Source of the DNA: an uncultured Flavobacteriaceae bacterium
GTDB lineage: Bacteria > Bacteroidota > Bacteroidia > Flavobacteriales > Flavobacteriaceae
Reading direction: 5' to 3'
Assembly (NCBI GenBank): GCA_963768235.1
Contig: CAVYHF010000016.1
Location: 7,718 to 71,717, forward strand
Length of the DNA: 64,000 nucleotides
Program-made: the position numbers and the translations under genes
The notes under the pieces: model-generated
What the model was told of the DNA's origin: nothing
The model's input: only the letters and a program-made list of their open reading frames with translations
Databases searched by the model: none
Shown here: piece by piece, positions 19,487-29,611 of the stretch
Numbering within the stretch: position 1 is the stretch's first letter
Layout: each line of letters opens with the position of its first letter

Positions 19487-20362
19487 ATGGCTACAGGAAA
19501 TTTAAAATATCAATATGCAAGATTATCGGTAGCTGAGAAACTCATTGCTATCAATGTACTGATTTTCATTGTTAATGGGTTGTTCACACTTTTGTTAGGT
19601 ATGAATGGAGACGCAATTCTTCAGTGGTTTCAATTGCCGAAGGACTTTTTTGATTTCTTGACCCAACCTTGGTCTATTGTCACCTATTCATTTTTTCATG
19701 CAGGATTGGGGCATATCTTCTGGAACATGCTCGTTCTTTTTTATGTAGGCCGCATATTTCTGAATTTGTTCAGCGGCAGACGATTTTTGAATGTCTACTT
19801 TTTAGGGGTGATCCTTGGTGGGTTGTTCTTTATGGTGAGTTATAATATATTCCCCGCATTTTTTAAAGTTAATGCAGCGCTTATAGGAGCATCTGCAGGG
19901 GTCAGGGCAATATTGATATTCATTTGTGCCTATATACCCAATCAGGAGGTTCGATTGATCTTCTTTAATATTAAGCTGTGGTATATTGGGGTGTTTATTG
20001 TTTTAATGGATTTGGTTCAATTATCAATGGGTGTCAACCCGGGAGGGCAATTCGCACACTTAGGCGGTGCTCTTTTGGGATACATCTATGCTCGACAATT
20101 ATTGAACGGAAAGGATATTGGAGAAGGATTCTCAAAAATAGTCGATGGTATTATAAACTTCTTTAAAAAGACTGAAAAAAAGGCACCTATGAAAACGGTT
20201 TATCGCAAGGAAAAAAAGACTGCTACAACTACGGCAAACTATAAAAAAGAAAGCCATCAACGTAAAATAGATACCATTTTAGACAAAATCAGTAAATCGG
20301 GCTACGAAAGCCTTTCCAAAGCTGAAAAGGACTTTTTATTCAAAGCAGGTAAAGAAGATTGA
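19487..20362 (+). CDS. rhomboid family protein, second paralog
   Basis: FFHAGLGH, GASAG and AHLGGALLG motifs, plus a basic C-terminal tail. The ATG lies directly after the upstream stop. Confidence 0.85.
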   Translation: MATGNLKYQYARLSVAEKLIAINVLIFIVNGLFTLLLGMNGDAILQWFQLPKDFFDFLTQPWSIVTYSFFHAGLGHIFWNMLVLFYVGRIFLNLFSGRRFLNVYFLGVILGGLFFMVSYNIFPAFFKVNAALIGASAGVRAILIFICAYIPNQEVRLIFFNIKLWYIGVFIVLMDLVQLSMGVNPGGQFAHLGGALLGYIYARQLLNGKDIGEGFSKIVDGIINFFKKTEKKAPMKTVYRKEKKTATTTANYKKESHQRKIDTILDKISKSGYESLSKAEKDFLFKAGKED

Positions 20363-20366
20363 TTTA

Positions 20367-21398
20367 GTGAAGGATCTTAGCATATTCAAAAAATTTTTAT
20401 ACATACTTAATGTAATATTTGCATTTTTGCTGCTACTTGCCTGTATTGCCACTGTACGTGACTTCGAATATATTTTCCTTTTTGTCATTTTTAAGTCTTA
20501 TCGTACCTTATTTGGTACTTGGCCAACATGCTATTCTTTTGTATTGGCTGTTTAAAAAGAAGAGACAATTTTAGTAATGTCATTTTCTGTTCTTGCTCTT
20601 AGGATATTTGACCTAATGGAACATTTTATTAAAGTATTTAATTCGAAAGATCAACATCAAAGATAGTGACATTAGTTTATTGACATTTAATTCAAACGAG
20701 TTCAATGGTCGTAAGATGGACAAAAATTCCAGTTACGATGAAGAAATTGTGACATTTATTAAGACACCAAGATGCTGATATTGTTTGTTTTCAGGAATTT
20801 AGTAGAAGTGTTAGATGAAAAATTTGAAACACTATCCATTCAATATATCAAACTCCATTTCTAGTGAAAGAAGTAGGCAAGCCATATACTCCAAATATCC
20901 AAATACTCGGAAATGGGTCTCTTGAATTTTCCAAATAGCAGCAACAATGCGATTTATGTTGATATTTGTGATAAAAAAGGATACACTAAGGGTTTATAAT
21001 CTTCATTTACAATCATTGAGAAGTTAGACCAGGTATCTTCAAAAGGGAAGCAACCACAGCGTTTATTCAAACGATTGAGCATAGTCATTTCAAAAACAAC
21101 AAGAGCAGGCCAAATTAGTAAGAGACCATGTTGGTCAAGTTGATTATAAAAAAATTATCTGTGGCGATTTTAATAACACCCAATTTTCAAGTTTATATAA
21201 AACGATAAAGGGGAGATGAACGATACCTTTCAGGAAAAGGGCTCAGGTTTTGGAAGTACTTATAATTTTAAGTTTTTACCCTATCGTATTGATTTTATCC
21301 TAGCTGACCCTGAAATCGACATAAAATCCCATAAAAATTTTGATGTTCGATTGTCTGACCATACACCTGTAATGGCCTCATTTCGATTGAAGGAATAA
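20367..21398 (+). pseudogene. endonuclease/exonuclease/phosphatase (EEP) family membrane protein, disrupted by about eleven +/-1 frame changes
   Basis: EEP hallmark peptides are present in order but spread over all three frames. They are FLSFLSLIVPYLVL, DISLLTFN, DADIVCFQEF, AIYSKYP, NNAIYVDI, DTLRVYNLHLQSL, IICGDFNNT, GSGFGSTYNF, RIDFIL and SDHTPV. No ORF over 62 aa exists in about 1 kb. Confidence 0.8.
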
Positions 21399-21701
21399 CA
21401 TGCCACAATCCACGGCGTCTGCCAAAATATGTATCATTAATGCAATCCCAAGAATTCGGGTTTTCTTAAAAAACAAAAGCAAAGTGTAGATGAAAATAGC
21501 CCAGTAACTATGCAATGGGTGAAAATTAATGCTACATCGGTTGGGGTCAAAAATAGGGGTGACTAAAAGGTGGTCAATATCGATCAAAATTCCTAAAAGT
21601 AATATGATGGCTATTTTAAAACTTTGTCCTTTGAAAAAATATAAAGCAATGAATATGGGAACGATGAAATGAATGCCATAATGTAGGAAGATTCTAAGCA
21701 T
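21378..21701 (-). CDS. small multi-TM protein (DUF6122-like)
   Basis: 107-aa hydrophobic ORF with His/Asp-rich loops (IDIDHL, HILADAVDC). Family name from memory. Confidence 0.6.
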   Translation of the reverse strand: MLRIFLHYGIHFIVPIFIALYFFKGQSFKIAIILLLGILIDIDHLLVTPIFDPNRCSINFHPLHSYWAIFIYTLLLFFKKTRILGIALMIHILADAVDCGMLFLQSK

Positions 21702-22329
21702 TCGTAAAACTTGGATTAATACTTTTCAAATAGGATAAAGCATTTGTGCCTTCATTAAACAAAAGGTCCAAAATACTCGTGTTTTTTATAAACCCGTGTC
21801 TATCTCCAAACACTTGAACATACTCCTGCTGTTTATATTCTTGCTCGTTTTTACATCTAACCAAAAACCGCGCATCCAGAATATTCATAGGTAAATGAAC
21901 TTGAAAGTTTTGTGTCCTTTCTGTAGGCATTTCAATCTGGAGACAATCGCAGATTATCTCAATGGTTTTTAGATTGAAATCCAGTAGGGAATCATGCTTT
22001 TTTTCAAACAATGGGGCAATTTCATCTTCAAAATACTCAAAGAAAGGTGATGTTCTATAAGCGGTCTGTAAGGTACGCCAATGTTGTCGCTGCCATTGAT
22101 AATCGTTCTCAAGCTTAACATCCTTATATTTTTGTCTTCCCTGATCACCGCCAACGTGTTTTATGGGAATACTGAGCATATGTTTACCTTGATCAGTACA
22201 TATATAGCACCGGTTTCGATAGGTCTGTTTTTGATAATTATCCGCTACCTCCCATATGATTTCATTCTGAACCAAACTCGCCATGGTTGTAATGTTGGGA
22301 AAGTATGTTGGATGAAGGAGAGTTTTCAA
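21694..22329 (-). CDS. WbqC family protein
   Basis: 211-aa ORF whose N-terminus LHPTYFPNI...YQKQTYRNRC is typical of WbqC-like proteins. This is the typical position next to lepB in flavobacteria. Confidence 0.75.
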   Translation of the reverse strand: MKTLLHPTYFPNITTMASLVQNEIIWEVADNYQKQTYRNRCYICTDQGKHMLSIPIKHVGGDQGRQKYKDVKLENDYQWQRQHWRTLQTAYRTSPFFEYFEDEIAPLFEKKHDSLLDFNLKTIEIICDCLQIEMPTERTQNFQVHLPMNILDARFLVRCKNEQEYKQQEYVQVFGDRHGFIKNTSILDLLFNEGTNALSYLKSINPSFTNA

Positions 22330-22336
22330 TTTTAGG

Positions 22337-22368
22337 GTTGATTTGTGGATTTGGTTAATTGTTGATTT
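22337..22368. repeat. block of 8-mer units GTTGATTT-GTGGATTT-GGTTAATT-GTTGATTT
   Basis: Read directly from the sequence. The reverse-complement units recur at 22770-22800, on the other side of the four-helix-bundle gene. Confidence 0.5.
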
Positions 22369-22717
22369 GGTATTTTCTTAGGGCATTGAGTTTGTTTGTT
22401 ATACTTTCAATTTGAGACCTGCAACTTTGATTTTTTTTCTCACTTAAGAAATTCAGTTCTTTAGAAATGATTAACTGGTTTAGCACTTCAACGGCAGAAC
22501 TGAAAGCAATTATTGGAAAATGGGCTTTATCCTTATTGGTTTTTCTAGCAGAACCCTCGGCGATATTTGAACAAACTGAAATTGAAGCTCTTCTAATTTG
22601 GGAGGTTACCCCGAACTTTTCATCATCTGGAAACTTAGAAGTTATAAGGTAAATAATTTTAGTAAACACCTTAGCTTCTTTCCAAACTTCCAATTTTTCA
22701 AAAGAATAAGTGTACAT
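22355..22717 (-). CDS. four-helix-bundle protein (23S rRNA intervening-sequence / Avd-like family)
   Basis: 120-aa ORF. FEKLEVWKEAKVF...QIRRASISVCSNIAEGSAR is the signature of this family. Confidence 0.85.
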   Translation of the reverse strand: MYTYSFEKLEVWKEAKVFTKIIYLITSKFPDDEKFGVTSQIRRASISVCSNIAEGSARKTNKDKAHFPIIAFSSAVEVLNQLIISKELNFLSEKKNQSCRSQIESITNKLNALRKYQINN

Positions 22718-22769
22718 ACCCGTTCATTAGTTTGTTTGGCTAATTGTTTTCACTAGTTATGTGGAAAAC

Positions 22770-22800
22770 CAAATCAACAAATCCACGTAATTCAAATCAA
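22770..22800. repeat. block of 8-mer units AAATCAAC-AAATCCAC-GTAATTC-AAATCAAC
   Basis: These are reverse complements of the units at 22337-22368. The last unit overlaps the lepB stop codon. Confidence 0.5.
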
Positions 22801-24497
22801 CTTTTTTTCCTTTTCTTTCTTCTAAAATAATCAAAGACGAACCAGCCCGCTAATGCAATAAGAAAGTATTTGAAGTATGAAATAGGTTCTCCATTGCCAT
22901 GTACCGTTGTGAATACACGTTCCCATCTAATTTTCCAGTTACGCCATCCATCTCTAAAGTTATCAATACTCATCCAAATAAAAATAGGAGTGCCCACAAT
23001 ATGGTTTTCAGGTACAAAACCCCATGTTCTGCTATCTTCGGAATGGTCGCGGTTGTCGCCCATCATCCAATAGTAATCTTGTTTAAAAGTATAGGTATCG
23101 GTTAAGTCACCATTAATACTTATCTGATTGCCTTTGACCGAAATCGTATTGCCTTCATAATCCTTTATTATCTTTTTGTAGACAGGCAACACCTCTAAAT
23201 TCAAGGGTACAGTCTTGCCTTTTTCTGGAAGGTAAATAGGGCCGAAATTATCATTATTCCATGCATATGAGTTATCCTGTGGAAAAATATTATATCCTTT
23301 TTCATCCTTTGGTTCTAATGTCTTTACTACTGAGTCGATAGCTGCATTATTATGCAATTTTTCAGCTAAATCATCAGTTATTGTCAACGACCGCTGTCTA
23401 TCAGTTTGTTCTTTTAAGGATAGCCCTGCACTTCTGATGACTTTTGTGGGTATTCCCAAATGATTGGTGATAAGTTCAATATTTCCTGAGTTTCCTCTTC
23501 GGCTCCCTAGTAGATATTTACTTATTTGGTCAAATTGATTTTGGTTCAATTGCGCTGTGACGTAGATTCTATTAAAATCAGTAACTCCCAGTTCTTTAAG
23601 TAACTTTGAGGAAACGCCTTTTTGGGAATAAGCCATATAATCATATTGGGGCATGGCCCTATCTGGAAGAACTGTTTGTTGTCCATTTATATGTACATAA
23701 CCATCGATCACAGCTAAAGAATCACCTGGCACACCAACACAGCGTTTCACATAATTCGATTTTTTATCAATTGGCTTTTTAACACCCTTTTCTTTTTTAA
23801 AGAATATACGAACGGTATCAGCAGGCCAACTAAAAACCACAATTTCATTTCTTTTTACTTTTTTGAAGCCTGGTAATCTGAAATAGGGCAATTGAGGGTT
23901 ATTTAAATATGATCGTATTCCCAGCCAAGGAATAGTATCATGCACCATGGGAGCAGCTACCGTTGTCATTGGTGTCCGCGCTCCATAATGAAATTTGCTT
24001 ACAAATAGAAAATCACCAATACGTAATGTTTTTTCCAATGATCCCGTAGGAATAACATAGGGTTGAATAAAATAGGTATGCACCAAAGTTGCTGCTACTA
24101 CGGCAAACACAATAGAGCTCACCCATTCTCCCATGGCGGTTTTGGGATGCAAACTACGTTCTTCAATGTATTGTACATCCAAGGCATAATTTATATAATA
24201 AATATAGAAACCTAGGGTCAGTACGACCAGCCAAGACTCCATTAAATTATTTCTGCCAAAACTTCGAATTGTCTCGACCCAAATGACCGGGAACATCAAT
24301 AAATTGATGATAGGAATAAATAGTAAAATAACCCACCATTTTGGCCGATTGATGATTTGCATAAGAACAATTGCATTATAAATGGGTATCGCAGCTTCCC
24401 ATGCTTTTCTTCCTGCTTTTACGTATAATTTCCAAGTCCCTAAAAAATGAATGACCTGAACAATCAAAATAAAAATAATCCACTGGGTACCGTTCAT
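22797..24497 (-). CDS. lepB: signal peptidase I with N-terminal multi-TM extension
   Basis: S26 motifs GSLEKTL, YVKRCVGVPGD and GDNRDHSEDSRTWGFVP. 566 aa, as is typical of Bacteroidetes. Confidence 0.9.
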   Translation of the reverse strand: MNGTQWIIFILIVQVIHFLGTWKLYVKAGRKAWEAAIPIYNAIVLMQIINRPKWWVILLFIPIINLLMFPVIWVETIRSFGRNNLMESWLVVLTLGFYIYYINYALDVQYIEERSLHPKTAMGEWVSSIVFAVVAATLVHTYFIQPYVIPTGSLEKTLRIGDFLFVSKFHYGARTPMTTVAAPMVHDTIPWLGIRSYLNNPQLPYFRLPGFKKVKRNEIVVFSWPADTVRIFFKKEKGVKKPIDKKSNYVKRCVGVPGDSLAVIDGYVHINGQQTVLPDRAMPQYDYMAYSQKGVSSKLLKELGVTDFNRIYVTAQLNQNQFDQISKYLLGSRRGNSGNIELITNHLGIPTKVIRSAGLSLKEQTDRQRSLTITDDLAEKLHNNAAIDSVVKTLEPKDEKGYNIFPQDNSYAWNNDNFGPIYLPEKGKTVPLNLEVLPVYKKIIKDYEGNTISVKGNQISINGDLTDTYTFKQDYYWMMGDNRDHSEDSRTWGFVPENHIVGTPIFIWMSIDNFRDGWRNWKIRWERVFTTVHGNGEPISYFKYFLIALAGWFVFDYFRRKKRKKS

Positions 24498-24596
24498 GTA
24501 AGCTTATAATTAAGGTTTTGTTAAACCGTTATTTATTTAAAATCAAGTTCAATTGCTATGCAATTAAGTGCTTTTATGTCTTATTTATTGTATTCG

Positions 24597-25298
24597 TTAA
24601 CCAAGGTTTAACACATCGCGCATTGAGAAAACCCCTTTTTTACCCGTAATCCATTCCGCCGCGATAACAGCTCCTAGGGCAAAACCTTCTCGATTATGCG
24701 CCGTATGTTTGATTTCTATACTATCAACCTTGCTTTGGTAATCAACAATATGGGTTCCTGGAACAGCAGCCAATCTTTTTGACTCAATGGTTATTTCATC
24801 TTCGTTACCTTGGCCAAGGCTCCAATTTTTATATCTTGAATTTGCGATCACACCTTCTGCCAAAGTAATGGCCGTTCCACTTGGGGCATCTAATTTTTGG
24901 GTATGGTGTATTTCTTCCATACCCACTTTATATTGCTCCAAATTTTTCATCATCTTGGCTAGATATTCATTCAGTTCAAAAAAGATATTCACTCCCAAGC
25001 TATAGTTAGATGAATAGATAAAGGCCCCTTTTTTTTCATTACAATATGTAACTGCATTGTCATAATCATCAAGCCAACCTGTTGTTCCTGAGATTATCGG
25101 GACATTGTTTTTAATACACTGTTTAATATTATCATAAGCAGCAGTAGGCATACTGAAGTCAATGGCAACATCCATATTAGAGAAATCAATCTCGGTGGTG
25201 TCTACTTCAATTTTAGCCACAATATGGTGACCTCTTTCCAAGGCAACTTGTTCAATCATCCTACCCATTTTTCCGTATCCGAACAAGGCTATATTCAT
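24597..25298 (-). CDS. dapB: 4-hydroxy-tetrahydrodipicolinate reductase
   Basis: MNIALFGYGKMG Rossmann start and EIHHTQKLDAPSGTA motif. The ORF is open to 25325, but that would overlap the upstream gene. Confidence 0.95.
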   Translation of the reverse strand: MNIALFGYGKMGRMIEQVALERGHHIVAKIEVDTTEIDFSNMDVAIDFSMPTAAYDNIKQCIKNNVPIISGTTGWLDDYDNAVTYCNEKKGAFIYSSNYSLGVNIFFELNEYLAKMMKNLEQYKVGMEEIHHTQKLDAPSGTAITLAEGVIANSRYKNWSLGQGNEDEITIESKRLAAVPGTHIVDYQSKVDSIEIKHTAHNREGFALGAVIAAEWITGKKGVFSMRDVLNLG

Positions 25299-25302
25299 TC
25301 TG

Positions 25303-25950
25303 TTAAAATTTAATAGTAAATGCAATCCCGTAATTAGGATTATTGGTTATAGGATTTAGATCTAAATAGGGCTTAATATCCATACTTAAATCCTCATCTA
25401 CATTGAATTGCTTCAAATGTGCATCAACATTGGCATCAATAATATTAAGTGCATACATGGCTATTGTAATAACCAAAGCTAGATCCCGGTCTCGCTGATA
25501 GTTTTCTTGTTGCCGCTCCAAATCAGCTGTATCTAAATCCGGAGAGGCGCCTTGGGCATTATCCCCATTAATATCATAAAACTCATCATCAGTAAACCCT
25601 GCCTGCCTTCTTTTGAAAGCTGTCCTGAAACGGTCGTACAGATCATCATTATAGGTATAGGCGTAAACTCCCGTGCCTATCACAGCATAGACAATGGGGA
25701 CTTTCCAATACCGTTTATTGTAAATCTGTCCAAGGCCGGGTAAAACAGCAGAATAAAATGCCGCTTTGCTCGGTGCTAATGGATTGATCTTCTTTCTTAT
25801 TTCAAAAATGGTATCCTGAATAATAATACCTTCCCGTTCTAAATCCGTATTTAATGAATCCTTTGTAGTTTGTTTTGGTTCTATCTCCTGAGCTGAAGAA
25901 ATCCAAGTAAAAAGAATTGAAAAAACGAACGCTGGGAGGAACCTATTCAC
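25303..25950 (-). CDS. DUF5683-like protein
   Basis: 215-aa ORF with a signal peptide and the conserved AAFYSAVLPGLGQIYNKRYWK block. Typical position after parB. Family name from memory. Confidence 0.7.
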   Translation of the reverse strand: MNRFLPAFVFSILFTWISSAQEIEPKQTTKDSLNTDLEREGIIIQDTIFEIRKKINPLAPSKAAFYSAVLPGLGQIYNKRYWKVPIVYAVIGTGVYAYTYNDDLYDRFRTAFKRRQAGFTDDEFYDINGDNAQGASPDLDTADLERQQENYQRDRDLALVITIAMYALNIIDANVDAHLKQFNVDEDLSMDIKPYLDLNPITNNPNYGIAFTIKF

Positions 25951-26845
25951 CTACGATTATTTTTTTAATACGATTGAATTCATCTTCAGAATTGAACGGA
26001 ATTGTAATTCTACCTTTACCAACATCAGAAGCGCTTACAGTCACTTTCGCAGACAGATGACCTGTTAGTTCCTTCGATGCTTTTTTGGCAAAAACAGGGG
26101 AAGTTCTACTTTTCTTTGCTCCTTGGGGAAGTGTACTTCCTTCGTGATATGCCCTAACGGCACTTTCAGTTTCACGCACTGATAGATTCTCACCGATAAT
26201 TTTCTCGTAGAGCGTAATCTGGTCTTCTTTTTTTTCAATATTCACCAATGTTCTCCCGTGCCCCATACTAACAAAACCATCGCGAATGCCTGTTTGGATT
26301 ATGGGGTCCAATTTCAATAAACGCATATAATTTGTTATGGTGGACCTTTTCTTGCCTACACGCTCACTTAGCTTTTCTTGGGTGAGTTTTATTTCATCAA
26401 TCAATCTTTGATATGACAATGCTATCTCAATAGGATCAAGGTCTTGGCGCTGAATATTCTCTACCAATGCCATTTCCAGTGATTCTTGGTCATTGGCAAT
26501 ACGTATGTATGCGGGTATTGTCTCAAGTCCAATAAGTTTGGAAGCCCTAAAACGCCTTTCACCTGAAACGAGTTGATATTTATTGAAATTTAATTTGCGA
26601 ACTGTAATGGGTTGAATAACACCAAGTTCACGAATTGATGAAGCAAGTTCCTGTAAAGCTTCATCATTGAAATTGGAACGTGGTTGAAATGGATTGACTT
26701 CAATAGCATCAACATCCAACTCCACTATATTGCCTACAACCTTATCGGCATTTTTATCCAATACCGATTTAATGTCATTTTCAGGATCTTTCAATAAAGC
26801 AGAAAGACCTCGGCCCAATGCCTGTTTTTTAGTTGCTTTCGCCAT
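25943..26845 (-). CDS. parB: chromosome partitioning protein ParB
   Basis: ParB box GERRFRASK, an HTH region, and adjacency to parA. Confidence 0.95.
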   Translation of the reverse strand: MAKATKKQALGRGLSALLKDPENDIKSVLDKNADKVVGNIVELDVDAIEVNPFQPRSNFNDEALQELASSIRELGVIQPITVRKLNFNKYQLVSGERRFRASKLIGLETIPAYIRIANDQESLEMALVENIQRQDLDPIEIALSYQRLIDEIKLTQEKLSERVGKKRSTITNYMRLLKLDPIIQTGIRDGFVSMGHGRTLVNIEKKEDQITLYEKIIGENLSVRETESAVRAYHEGSTLPQGAKKSRTSPVFAKKASKELTGHLSAKVTVSASDVGKGRITIPFNSEDEFNRIKKIIVGE

Positions 26846-27619
26846 TTAAACGGTTTCCTTGTTTTTTTTCAATAATTCATTCGCCATATTCAGATAATTG
26901 GCCGCTCCTTTACTGCTTGCATCATATTTGATTATACTTTCGCCATAACTTGGGGCTTCACTCAATCGCACATTTCGTTGAATTATAGTATCGAATACCA
27001 TATCTGAAAAATGTTTACGTACTTCTTCAACCACTTGGTTAGAAAGTCGCAATCTTGAATCGAACATTGTCAATAAAAGCCCTTCAATATCCAAATCTGG
27101 ATTATGGATTTTTTGTACGCTTTTTATGGTATTCAAAAGTTTACCCAATCCTTCTAAAGCGAAATACTCACATTGAATCGGGATAATGACCGAATCTGCT
27201 GCAGTTAAAGCATTTAAGGTCAACAATCCCAATGATGGGGCACAATCTATAAGAATATAATCATAATCATTTTTAAGTGCTGTAATTGCCTTTTTCATCA
27301 TATATTCCCGCTCATCCTTGTCTACCAATTCAATTTCAATGGCGACGAGGTCAATGTGTGATGGAATTAAATCCAAATTTGGAGAATCAGTAGGTATGAT
27401 AGTTTCTTTGGCACTTTTGGTATGCTCCAATAATTGGTACGTTCCTATTTCGACAGAATCAACATCAATTCCCAATCCCGAAGTCGCATTGGCCTGGGGA
27501 TCGGCATCAATGAGAAGCACCTTTTTTTCCAGAACACCTAGCGAGGCAGCTAGGTTTACGGTCGTGGTGGTTTTACCCACCCCACCTTTCTGATTTGCAA
27601 TAGCAATTATCTTGCCCAT
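26846..27619 (-). CDS. parA: chromosome partitioning ATPase ParA (Soj)
   Basis: Deviant Walker A NQKGGVGKTTT. 257 aa. Confidence 0.95.
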   Translation of the reverse strand: MGKIIAIANQKGGVGKTTTTVNLAASLGVLEKKVLLIDADPQANATSGLGIDVDSVEIGTYQLLEHTKSAKETIIPTDSPNLDLIPSHIDLVAIEIELVDKDEREYMMKKAITALKNDYDYILIDCAPSLGLLTLNALTAADSVIIPIQCEYFALEGLGKLLNTIKSVQKIHNPDLDIEGLLLTMFDSRLRLSNQVVEEVRKHFSDMVFDTIIQRNVRLSEAPSYGESIIKYDASSKGAANYLNMANELLKKNKETV

Positions 27620-27891
27620 AATCGTAGTAAGTTAGGGGTTAAAAATACGATTATTTATCGCGACAAAAAATGTATTTTGTTAACACAAAGTGAATAACTA
27701 CGGCACTAGACGTTAAATTGAGTTAAAGTTTTATTATTTAGCTAATTAGGTCCAATTTCTTGAATAAATAAATCAACTAAAATCTTTGTAATTCGAATGG
27801 TAGAATCTTAATTCTATTGATTTCCCTACAGTGCAGTTTATTACTTAATATAAATACTTTGGATAGTGGTTTTGAAAAGGACTTCTTAAAA

Positions 27892-29280
27892 TCATTCAAG
27901 CTGTAGCCGTCTTTTTTCAAAATCTTCGGCTAGGCGTTTGGGAACAATCGGTTCCAACAGGGTTTTTCTTGGTTTGGTTTTTACGAAAGGATAAAGTTCC
28001 ATATCATCCTTCATCCTATCCAACTCATTCATATACTTATTGCTTCCGACCAATACTTTTTCATTCTTGTTGAATTGGTTTTGTTCTTTTTGGGCACTTT
28101 CCCTAATTTTTTTCTGGATGTTATGTATTTTCAATTGTTTTAGAAATCCACCTCCAACTTCAATATTCTTGAACAATATCAGTGCCTTTTCAGCAATTTG
28201 CGCGGTTAAATTTTCAATAAAATAAGAACCATCAGATGGATTGTTTACTCTTTTAAAATGACTTTCCTCTTTTATGATCAGCAATTGATTACGTGCAATA
28301 CGCTCTGAAAATTCATTGTCTTTATGAAAAATACCATCATAGGTTAAATTACAAACTGTACTAGCACCGCCTAATATGGCCGACATACATTCCGTTGTGG
28401 TACGTAACATATTGACGTGGTGATCATAAAGTGTTTTGTTACGAAGGGTGGGAGTGCTAACAATGTGACAATCCGTATCAATACCGTATTTCATGGTTAG
28501 GGTCTTCCAAAGTAATCGTAATGCCCTTAATTTCGCAATTTCAAAGAAATAGTCAGAATCTACCGCCACCTTGAAATTGATTTCTTGAGGCGGTATTAAA
28601 CCATTGTTTTTTATGAAATTCAAATACTCATTGGCATGGGCTAAGGCATAGGCCAATTGCTGTACTCGGTTTGCCCCAGCATTTTGGTACAATGAAACAT
28701 CAATGCCCAAAGTATGTACTCCACTGGAAGTTAAGTCACCTTCCAATATTTGGGTAAGAATTTCATGGTCCTTATCCATGTTTTGAAACCAATTGCCTGT
28801 TAGAGCTAAATTACCTATGATATCAATATTCAAATAAATATTGGCATTTTTATCAACAACGTAATCCCTGATTTTCTTGATGTATTCAAAAGACAAAAAT
28901 TGTATTTCAAAATAAATCGGTGTCTTGGCTAGATTAATATTTTGTAATAAGGTATCAACTTTGATATCCTGGGAAGGAATCGTGAAAATAAGACAATCGG
29001 CTCCTCGATTTAAAACATCAATTGCCTTTTCATTCGCTTTTTTTCCACTACCAGCATAAATATTTTGGCCAATATGCCATTTTGGGACTGCGGTTATTTC
29101 GGCAATTTTCTTATTTTCGAAATCATCGGCATGATAAAAGGGTTTTACTGAAATACTTTCAGGTGAATCCCAAATCAATGATTTAGTATAATCGGCCCCT
29201 TTTAAGTCAAATTGTATTTGCTGTTTCCGAGCCTTGGCAGAAATAGTATCAAATTCTTCGAACAAGCCATCTTTACTCAT
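27892..29280 (-). CDS. methylmalonyl-CoA mutase family protein, MutA-like barrel only (no B12-binding domain)
   Basis: The 462-aa ORF is collinear with the first ~430 aa of the 608-aa MutA at 36302 (FDLKGADY..., LRTTTECMSAILGG, NPSDGSYFIE). It ends before the Rossmann/B12 domain. Confidence 0.8.
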   Translation of the reverse strand: MSKDGLFEEFDTISAKARKQQIQFDLKGADYTKSLIWDSPESISVKPFYHADDFENKKIAEITAVPKWHIGQNIYAGSGKKANEKAIDVLNRGADCLIFTIPSQDIKVDTLLQNINLAKTPIYFEIQFLSFEYIKKIRDYVVDKNANIYLNIDIIGNLALTGNWFQNMDKDHEILTQILEGDLTSSGVHTLGIDVSLYQNAGANRVQQLAYALAHANEYLNFIKNNGLIPPQEINFKVAVDSDYFFEIAKLRALRLLWKTLTMKYGIDTDCHIVSTPTLRNKTLYDHHVNMLRTTTECMSAILGGASTVCNLTYDGIFHKDNEFSERIARNQLLIIKEESHFKRVNNPSDGSYFIENLTAQIAEKALILFKNIEVGGGFLKQLKIHNIQKKIRESAQKEQNQFNKNEKVLVGSNKYMNELDRMKDDMELYPFVKTKPRKTLLEPIVPKRLAEDFEKRRLQLE

Positions 29281-29605
29281 TTTTCCTTTTCTTTAAGCTG
29301 TCCTCATATTCTATCAAGTAAATCTCTTCGTTCTTCTTTTTGAGGTAATATTGCTCCCTAGCGAATTTTTCCAACTCATTGCTATCCGATAATTTCTTGA
29401 TTATCTTTTTATCTTTTTCGATTTCATTCCTCAAAAAATCCTGGGTTTTTTCAAGGTTTTTTATCTCTTTTTTAAGCTCTCTGTGAATAAGAAGGGAATT
29501 AGTATCAAAAAAGAGCATCCATACAACAAAAACAGTCAGTACCAAAACATAGATATTGGTCAATATCCCAAACCACTTCTTCTTTTTAAGATTTTTTATT
29601 CCCAT
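29273..29605 (-). CDS. septum formation initiator (FtsB/DivIC-like)
   Basis: 110-aa ORF with one TM helix followed by a coiled coil. It overlaps the downstream MutA-like gene by 8 nt. Confidence 0.7.
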   Translation of the reverse strand: MGIKNLKKKKWFGILTNIYVLVLTVFVVWMLFFDTNSLLIHRELKKEIKNLEKTQDFLRNEIEKDKKIIKKLSDSNELEKFAREQYYLKKKNEEIYLIEYEDSLKKRKNE

Positions 29606-29611
29606 AGTCGG

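Noticed and set aside
25943-27891. Search for a parS site (TGTTTCACGTGAAACA type) in or near parAB.
   Set aside because: Only a half-site-like GTTTCACGC inside parB (about 26170) was seen. No full palindrome was found.
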